Shown here: positions 47,900-56,122 of the stretch, piece by piece | Layout: the number at the start of each line of letters is the position of its first letter | Position numbering within the stretch: the first letter of the stretch is position 1 | Assembly: GCF_001194135.2 (NCBI RefSeq) | Contig: NC_069003.1 | Span: 27,604,757-27,660,878, forward strand | DNA: 56,122 nt | Direction of reading: 5' to 3' | Source: Octopus bimaculoides | Taxonomy: Eukaryota | Notes under the pieces: model-generated | Database searches by the model: none | Told to the model about the DNA's origin: nothing | The model's input: the letters and a program-made list of their open reading frames with translations, nothing else | Made by a program: the position numbers and the translations under genes

Positions 47900-48091
47900 G
47901 CTGAAAGAGAAAGGGAGAGACAAACATAGAGAGAGATAAAGAGAGGAAAAAAGACAAGGAGACAGAGAGACAGAAAAAGAGGGAAAGACACAGACAGACA
48001 GTGAGGGGGAGAGAGATAGAGAGGGATACAAGGAGAGCTAAACACGGGGAGACAGAGATAAAGAGAGAAAAACAAAGAGAGAAAGAGACAA

Positions 48092-48127
<36 letters not shown>

Positions 48128-48760
48128 TAACAGTCATAGATGCATATATAAGACGGAGAGAAAGAGGGAAACAGAGAAAGTGAGTGAGAGAGAGCATTAG
48201 AGATAGAGGCAGACAGACAGAGACAGAGATAGGCAGTCAGTCAGGCAGACAGACAAGAGACAGACGGAGAGAGACATTAGAAAAATATGATATAGAAACG
48301 ATGAGGTTCGAAAGTTATACCACAATGAATGATAAGACGGGGGGAGAGAGAAAGAAGATAAGAAAGAATAAGCTAAGGATAGAAATAGAATGAATAACTT
48401 GAGGAGTCGAAGGAAGGGAGGGGAAGAGAAATGGGTCAATTAGTTGATTTCCTATTGAACAGCAATACAATGAAATGATTATAATTCTCATTTAGCTTGA
48501 GAAGGAAACAGTTTTGCTCTGATAAAATAATCTACTTAGGAATATTTTAAACATGATGAAACTCAGTGATGTTGAAACATTTATTAATGTCTATTGACCA
48601 TGGAGTAGGAGAAAGACAGAGAGGGACAGAAAGAGAGAGAGAGACAGAATAGGTGGGAGAAAGAGAGGGAGAGACAGAGAAAGGGACAGAAAGAGAATGA
48701 ATATTTGGGGAAGTAGAGAGGGAAGGAGAGGGACAGAGAGGGTGAGGTTAGGTAGTGTAG
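47900..48760. repeat. Purine-rich (GA/GACA) low-complexity region
   Basis: About 800 bp with a strong purine bias on the plus strand. Confidence 0.9.
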
Positions 48761-48891
48761 AAGGCAAAGACTGAGCACATCGAAAAAGGACGAGATAGAA
48801 AGCATATGTGAGAGCGAAACAAGACAGAATTTCTAGAAACAACACATTCAGTAAAGTAATATCTATATATAATACACATATATATACATAT

Positions 48892-48952
<61 letters not shown>

Positions 48953-49687
48953 NNNNNNNNNNNNNNNNNNNNNNNNNNNNNNNNNNNNNNNNNNNNNNNN
49001 NNNNNNNNNNNNNNNNNNNNNNNNNNNNNNNNNNNNNNNNNNNNNNNNNNNNNNNNNNNNNNNNNNNNNNNNNNNNNNNNNNNNNNNNNNNNNNNNNNNN
49101 NNNNNNNNNNNNNNNNNNNNNNNNNNNNNNNNNNNNNNNNNNNNNNNNNNNNNNNNNNNNNNNNNNNNNNNNNNNNNNNNNNNNNNNNNNNNNNNNNNNN
49201 NNNNNNNNNNNNNNNNNNNNNNNNNNNNNNNNNNNNNNNNNNNNNNNNNNNNNNNNNNNNNNNNNNNNNNNNNNNNNNNNNNNNNNNNNNNNNNNNNNNN
49301 NNNNNNNNNNNNNNNNNNNNNNNNNNNNNNNNNNNNNNNNNNNNNNNNNNNNNNNNNNNNNNNNNNNNNNNNNNNNNNNNNNNNNNNNNNNNNNNNNNNN
49401 NNNNNNNNNNNNNNNNNNNNNNNNNNNNNNNNNNNNNNNNNNNNNNNNNNNNNNNNNNNNNNCTTTTCTTCCTGGGAAAAGAAAGGATCAGAACGTAGGA
49501 CCTGGCGCCAGTCCTGCTTCTCCTCAGTTCAAAACATTCGAGCCAAATCGACTCCATCATCGAGTCCAACTTGGTGGAAGAATGAAGGCACGCTGTTAAA
49601 GTACTTCTCCACTAAATGGAAACCTTACCCGTCATTGTGGCTTTGTGGCATGAAGCAAAGCAGACCTAGCCGTCTACTCAAGAAAAC

Positions 49688-50069
49688 GTTGTTGTTGTTG
49701 GCACTCCGACGCTTACGACGTCGAGGGTTCCAATTGATCCGATCAACGGAACAGCCTGCTCGTGAAATTAACGTGCAAGTGGCTGAGCACTCGACAGACA
49801 CGTGTACCTTTAACATAGTTCCCGGGGAGATTCAGCGTGACACAGTGTGCAACAAGGTTGGCCCTTTGAAATACAGGTACAACAGAAACAGGAAGAAAGA
49901 GCGAGAGAAAGTTGTGGTACAGCAGGGTTCGCCACAATCCTCTGCCGGAGCCTCGTGGAGCTTTATGTGTTTTCGCTCAATAAACACTCACAACGCCCGG
50001 TCTGGGAATCGAAACCGCGATCCTATGACTGCGAGTCTGCTGCCCTAAACACTGGGCCATTGCGCCTCC
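49688..50069 (-). mobile_element. Full-length SINE with a distinct tRNA-like head and middle, tail module C and a (CAA)n tail
   Basis: The minus strand reads gaggcgcaatggcccagtg (A-box), ggtttcgattccc (B-box), a unique middle, gtacctgtatttcaaagggcc...ggaaccctcgacgtcgtaagcgtcggagtgcc, then (caa)n. Confidence 0.92.
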
Positions 50070-51007
50070 ACACCCAAGAAAACACATAATAAATAATCCA
50101 CAAGCATTCAAGCAAACTGTGTCCGCAACTTCTTTCACTTGTCAAAATGTTTGCAAGGTAACAGCAGGCCTCAAGAGACGCATTCGTGACTATAGAACAT
50201 GATCAATGCTTTATTTTACTGAACTCTCACATCTCGTTCACGACAATAGAATCCATCATATATATACATATATGTGTATGTGTATGTGTGTGTGCGGGTA
50301 CGTTTCTTCGGTGTTATCTTCAGATAGTTATAAACTAAATAACTCAAACTGTTAAATCGGAAACGCAGGTATGACATTTTTCCTGTCATTTGACTTTGCA
50401 TTTACAACAAGGAGACAATTATAGTTTATTAAAACGGAGTGCATGAACCTAAGTAGAAAAACTTTGCTGATGAAACAACCATCCTGCATAGAATAGTACA
50501 CACACACACACACACACTCATTAAGACATAGGCTGACAAATACACATATACATGCACGAACGAAAGCTAGATTTGTAACTTTGCAAGCATTATTGATACT
50601 AAAATAAAAACTAAAAATCAACATAAATTACTGAACACGGGAAATAAACAAAAGATGTGTGTGTGTGGGTGTGGGTGTGTGTTGACAGAGTGAAATAGAG
50701 AGATAGAGAGAGAGTGAGATAATTACGCTTCATGTACAATACTTAATTATGGAGGCGAGTTTCTAGTGAGATAAATGTGTAGTCTACATACACATCTATG
50801 TGTGTGTCTCTATGTATGTATGTATGTATGTATGTATGTATGTATATATGTATGTATATATATACGCACATATAAATAAATACACACACACACACACGCA
50901 CACGCATATAACTTTTTAAAGGGGAGAAGAGTAGGGGTGATAAATATTAGTGGTTTCGTGCTTTATATGTGCGAAAATGAATATACGAGATGGAGAAAGT
51001 GATAGAG

Positions 51008-51059
<52 letters not shown>

Positions 51060-51361
51060 CAGAGTGTGAGTGAGAGAGAGAAAGTGAATGAAGGAAAGAA
51101 AGAAAGAAAGAAAGAAAGAGTGAAGGTAAGAGAGAAAATATTTTGCATTCTGTTTATGTTCAAGAATTAATAAATTATTGCAAATTCTATTTTCTGCAAG
51201 AAAATGTCGATATTGAGTTTAGAAGGTTACTGTAATTAATGAGAAATGGGACTGAGGTGATACTTGGAGTAGCGTCATGGTGAATTAGGGAGTACTGGTG
51301 TCAACACGTCTTAGCCTTAATTAAACTGTCTGTGTATGAGAAGTACAGATGTAGTGTTCAT

Positions 51362-51715
51362 AAGCGCAGGCGTTGTTTCCCAGCCACCTAGTCCCAGGTT
51401 CTGTCCCATTGTGAGGCACCTTGGGTAAGTGTCGTCTACTATAGCCTCAGGCCGACCAACGTCTTGTGAGTGGATCTGGTAGACGAATATCTTTTGTCTT
51501 TTATATGTTTGTCATTAGACTGCGGCCATGCTGAGGCACCGGCTTGAAGAATTCTTAGTCGAATTAATAGAATCCAGTACCTGATACTTATTCTATCGAT
51601 AACTCTTGCCGAACTGCTAACTTACGGGGACGTAAATATACCAGCACCGGTTGCCATGCTGTGGTGATGGACAAATACAGACACAAAGACACGCATGCAT
51701 GCGCACACACCACAT

Positions 51716-51756
<41 letters not shown>

Positions 51757-51917
51757 CGACGGGCTTCTTCCAGTTTCCGTCTACAAATTCTACTCACCAG
51801 GATTTGGCCGGCATCGAGCTATAGTAGAAGATATATTAGCACAAGGTGCCACGCAGTGGGACTGAACCCAAAACTGTGTGGTTAAGAAGCAAATTTCTTA
51901 CCACACAGCCACGCCAG
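51362..51917. mobile_element. Inverted pair of SINE family A (plus head at 51362-51485; minus full copy at 51497-51917)
   Basis: The head and CORE-like halves are on opposite strands, about 300 bp apart. Confidence 0.88.
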
Positions 51918-52269
51918 CGATTGACCTGTTATAAGAGTTTATAAAATTTTGAGAGATAAAATTTATAAATTCTTTCGACGTCAACAACCTCCAATTCTCG
52001 CTGGTAAGAATAACGTTTCTACAACGGAAAGAGAAGTTGGAAAGAACGTCTGTCGTGTCTACAAGAAATATAGGTTCGAATCTTATGGGCAGCCTTCGAC
52101 TTCTTTTGACGGGAATAAGATTGATTTTCATTCAAATTATTCTCGATGAGGGTATGTGGTCAAATGGGATCCGAACGTATTTACTTATATACACACGCGT
52201 AAACAATTCATAGGTACTACCTGTACTCTACAAACTGCTGAGGCAACAAACCAAGAGAGTCACCTAAGC

Positions 52270-52485
52270 ATGAGATGGAATGCTTTGCTGTATTTGTTCC
52301 GGCTCCATACCTTCTGAGTTCAAATACCACCAAGGTCAACTTTGCCTTTTGTCCATTCTTCTAAGGTTGATAAAAAATAAATCATCAAACAACCTAGAGC
52401 AGCAAATTGGCAGAATTATTAAAACATTGGATGAGATGCCTTGTGGTATTTGTTCCAGCCTTTTACGCTCTGAGTTAATTAGTGG
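52270..52485 (+). mobile_element. Two degenerate SINE family B pieces
   Basis: ttctgagttcaaataccaccaaggtcaactttgcc and ttggcagaattatt..cgctctgagtt. Confidence 0.7.
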
Positions 52486-53464
52486 TAGTCTTAACTGTGA
52501 CTTCAAACCAACAACCCGGCCTTGAGGATCTGGCCTCACATCAAGTTATAATATCAAGCTACATAATAATCATAATCATCGTCGTCTTCGAATGTGTGTG
52601 CCTTTCATGCTGGCATGGGTGAGACCATTTGACAAGGTTTGCAGGTTCAAGGCACTTCAATCTTTCGTGTGTTTCTTACTTGTTTCAGTCATTAGACTGT
52701 GGCCATGTTGCAGTTGACTATGGCCCTGCATATATGGAATATGACCTTCCTTGTTTAATACTAAAGGGGAACGAGTTGAAAGAGATCTGGTTGGTATTCC
52801 TAACATGACGACCGACTGTGAAGTTGTTCTCCCTCGTTAGTGGGATCAACTTTATGTTGTAAAGAGAGTGAAACAGAAGAGAGACAGTCTCATAAATATA
52901 AAGACGATGTGTTGGAATAGAGGATTTTCATTCTCATAATCGAATTCTAAAAAGAAAAATGCATTATAATAGAAGAATAGAATGGTGTTTGATGCTTCAT
53001 GAAGTACAATAGGCGACGAACGAAAGAACAGAAAATAGAAAGTTAAGTTTAATCTCCCTTTTACCTCCTCTCCTGTGTAAAGCAGATTGAAGAGCAGTAA
53101 AATGTAATTAACATTAAAACATACAGCCATGTTATAAAGAAAAAAAATATGAGAAAGCCAGATGAATAAAGCCATCAACAAAAGATTTTTGTTAACATCG
53201 AAGCAATAAAATATCGAACAAGCGAAACACGAACATTTTCCTGAAAATTATGCTGTAAACTGAGAACTGAAAAGAAAATATTTCGGAAGAATTTTATTAG
53301 TTGAAGAAGAAGAAAATCTGTCAGATATACCCACAGGAATAGTATACATTGTAAATAAACAGGATCTATAGAAGACCACAAGTACAGAGAGTGAATGAAG
53401 ATTCAGTATGGAACAGCAGACGGGAGACGCTCACTGTTTAACTCGTGAGTTTTCGAAAGTGACG

Positions 53465-53830
53465 GTTTGGTAGACGTGTTAGAGTATCGGGCAAAATGTC
53501 CTGCGGTATTTCTTCGTGCTCGTTTCGTTTTAAGTTCCAATCCCGCCGAGGTGGATTTTGTTTTTCATACTTTCGAGGTCGATCGATTTTAAACAGTCGA
53601 TTTGCAGAATCGTTGAAGTGCCGAACAAGATGCCTTGTCGTGTGTGTGTGTGTGTGTGTATAAGAATTTTAGTCGAACGAATCATTCGTAGAACTTATTA
53701 TTAGTACTATTCTTTTTTGTAAAGCCTGGTACTTATTCTATCGGTCTCATGTGTCGAACCATCAAGTTACGTGGACGTAAACACACCAACCCGGTTGTCA
53801 AGCAATAGGAGGCAAACACAGATATAAACA
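53465..53830. mobile_element. Degenerate SINE family B (plus, 53465-53640) next to a SINE family A 3' half (minus, 53665-53830)
   Basis: The B core cccgccgaggtggattttg..catactttcgaggtcgat and the A tail reverse complement gtacttattctatcggtctc..aaacacaccaacccggttgtcaagc. Confidence 0.75.
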
Positions 53831-54869
53831 CACATATGTATACACTCGTGGTGGTGGTGGTGGTAACGGTAATGACGTTGGTGATATCGACCACGACGAC
53901 AGTGGTGAAGATGGTTTGTGATGATAACTGTGGTGGTGGGTGGCGGCGGAGATGACGACGACGGTGACGACGATGGTGATGCTACAGCACTACAAATCAT
54001 ATTTCACACAATAGGTATTATGTTACGAAAATAAAAATAATAAACAGCCAAAAAACGCCATAATTTATTGCTTGTCCAAAGTCTTTTTCGTGTGTGTTCT
54101 TTCCTTTTCATGCACATGCCTCATTGGTTTGCGAGTATTAAGAATTAAGTGCGTAATATGTTGGTCCGAAATTCTTGTAAACTATTTGTTGGGTCTCTTT
54201 TCTTTTTAGTTCTTTTTCCCCTCCTTTTATTTTGAGAAAAGAAGGAAACTGCTTATAATAATATAACATTGGAAATTCTTCAGCTTGTCAGAAAAACAAT
54301 CATTCAGGGGAAACAAGCAAAACAAAAATAAAATCAATAGCTATTATATACTCTATAATCGATCATAGACTGCTTATGATAAATCATTGCCTAAGTATAT
54401 CATTTGACAGCCCTGCCCTCTACAAACAGAGAGTGGTATATTGTGGTTATTGTATAAAACCTGATGTTTTATAGATAATCATGAGTTAACGAACTGTTGT
54501 CTGGCTAATGTGACAACTGACTGGTTTCGTGGGATGCTAGTTTATACGATTAATTTATAAGACAACAGATTCTAACTGATTCGATTTACTTTTTGGCAAG
54601 CAGTGCGGGTCATCTTGAGTTGACCAATAATAATTAGTAGTGTGCGGTAGGCAAGAAAGCCGGCCCTCTCTGTACATATACTTACATATATAGATACTCA
54701 CACAAATGCATACGTATAAACACACGCACACGCAGGCACGCACACACACACACACACAGACGTACGTGTTAAGTTAGTTTTAAAGAACAGCGGAAAGAGA
54801 ATTTAGCACTGGAATGTAGAGTATAAATAACTGACATATAAATTATAGTAATAAACAAGAACACGCACA

Positions 54870-54911
<42 letters not shown>

Positions 54912-54943
54912 ATGTGTGTGCATAAATATATATGTGTGTATGA

Positions 54944-55031
<88 letters not shown>

Positions 55032-55128
55032 ATATGTATATGTATATATATATATGTATATATATATATATGTATATATAATATATATATGTATGTATAT
55101 ATGTACACACACACAAACACACAACATG

Positions 55129-55159
<31 letters not shown>

Positions 55160-55524
55160 TTGTGTGTATCAATACAAGTAGAAGATAGTCAGAATTTGTA
55201 TAAATATTCTTTATTGAGTGCTTCCATTCCCTTTAAGATTCGTCATGAATTGTGGGCTGCTGAAAAATTTTTTCTTCTCATATATTGGTCAAGCACATTT
55301 AGAACTTGACTCAACAAAATATTGGATCGAACTAAACGACCTTTTACCATAAAATCTGTTACCTCGCCACGCATTAGAAAAATCGATTGTTTCAATTTAT
55401 ATATGTGTGTGAGTTATTTGAAAAAAATCGCAGGTTCAATGCGTTTACTTGGGTTTGGGGAAAAGTATGTTTGAGAGCTGTTATTTGTCATTTTGAATCT
55501 AAATATGTGTATGGTTAATTTTTA

Positions 55525-55612
55525 GACAAAGCATATTGGAAATTTTTGGAGGCTTGGTTAGAGAAGAAGAATATTTTTTTAAATTCTGGGAAAGCTGATT
55601 TGATGAAAGGTC
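55525..55612 (+). pseudogene. Possible CR1/L2 RT remnant (post-YADD region)
   Basis: KFLEAWLEKKNIFLNSGKADLM weakly resembles L..W...N.L.LN..KT..M. Only this one motif is present. Confidence 0.25.
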
Positions 55613-55974
55613 AAAAATTAAAACTTTTTATCAGTTGCGATAATTTGCAGCTTTTAGCTATTGAATAGCTCATAGGGTTCTTGGTTAGCCGTTCAGTGGC
55701 TGCTTTGTTATTAAATTCCTCAAATTGTTCAGATATACTTTTAAATGTGGGTGCGAGTGGGTTTGCGTGCGTGTGTGAGAGAGAAAGTGAGTGAACAAGA
55801 GAGTGAAAGAGAGAGAGAGAGAGAGAGCGTGTGTGAGTGTGTGTGTTTGTTTGCTATGTATTGTTTGTTTAAGAGTCAATTTTTCCAGTAATAAGAACAT
55901 CATTATCGGTAATATCCAGTAATTACGTTGATTCATCTGGAAAAGGAATTTTTTTAATGAAAATTTCTCTACCA

Positions 55975-56085
55975 CTTAGTTCTAGGTTCAGTCCCACTGC
56001 GTGGCACCTTCGGGAAGTGTCTTCTACTATAACATCGAACCGACCTTGTGGGTTGATTTGGTAGACGGAAACTGAAAGAAGCCTG

Positions 56086-56090
<5 letters not shown>
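55975..56090 (+). mobile_element. SINE family A, 5'-truncated head half, running into (TA)n
   Basis: ggttcagtcccactgcgtggcacctt..gtgtcttctactata..gatttggtagacggaaactgaaagaagcc. Confidence 0.92.

Positions 56091-56122
<32 letters not shown>

Noticed and set aside
52900-53260. Possible RTE RT remnant (EE*NG..STI; YEKAR; FVNIEA)
   Set aside because: The motifs are too degenerate and need several arbitrary frameshifts. It cannot be supported without a profile search.

Overview
This is a 56 kb window of AT-rich eukaryotic genomic DNA, most likely from an octopus (coleoid cephalopod) draft assembly. That assignment is inferred from the SINE families and the microsatellite load, and was not database-checked. 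The window has 11 N-gaps (about 4.2 kb). No complete, recognisable host protein-coding gene, rRNA, real tRNA gene or CRISPR array is supported, and most of the long ORFs in the supplied track are artefacts of N-gaps or microsatellites. The window reads as intronic or intergenic DNA built from three layers. (1) There are dozens of copies of at least four short repeat families; families A-C have tRNA-like Pol III heads and share or swap modules. (2) There are fossil autonomous elements recognisable by manual translation: an approximately 1.65 kb hAT (SPIN/GTF2IRD2-like) transposase, Tc1/mariner pieces, RTE and CR1-like RT fragments, and five fragments of restriction-like-endonuclease (REL) non-LTR retrotransposons from two lineages. 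(3) There are MITEs, degenerate satellites and compound microsatellites. The leads most worth following are hammerhead-ribozyme-like motifs (3234, 43810) in probable Penelope-like termini, an approximately 214 bp inverted repeat flanking a gap, modular SINE chimeras, nested insertions, and a few short candidate exons with good splice signals. I found no evidence that would justify claiming a new biological system. All coordinates were read by eye, and fossil boundaries are approximate (+/-10-30 bp).
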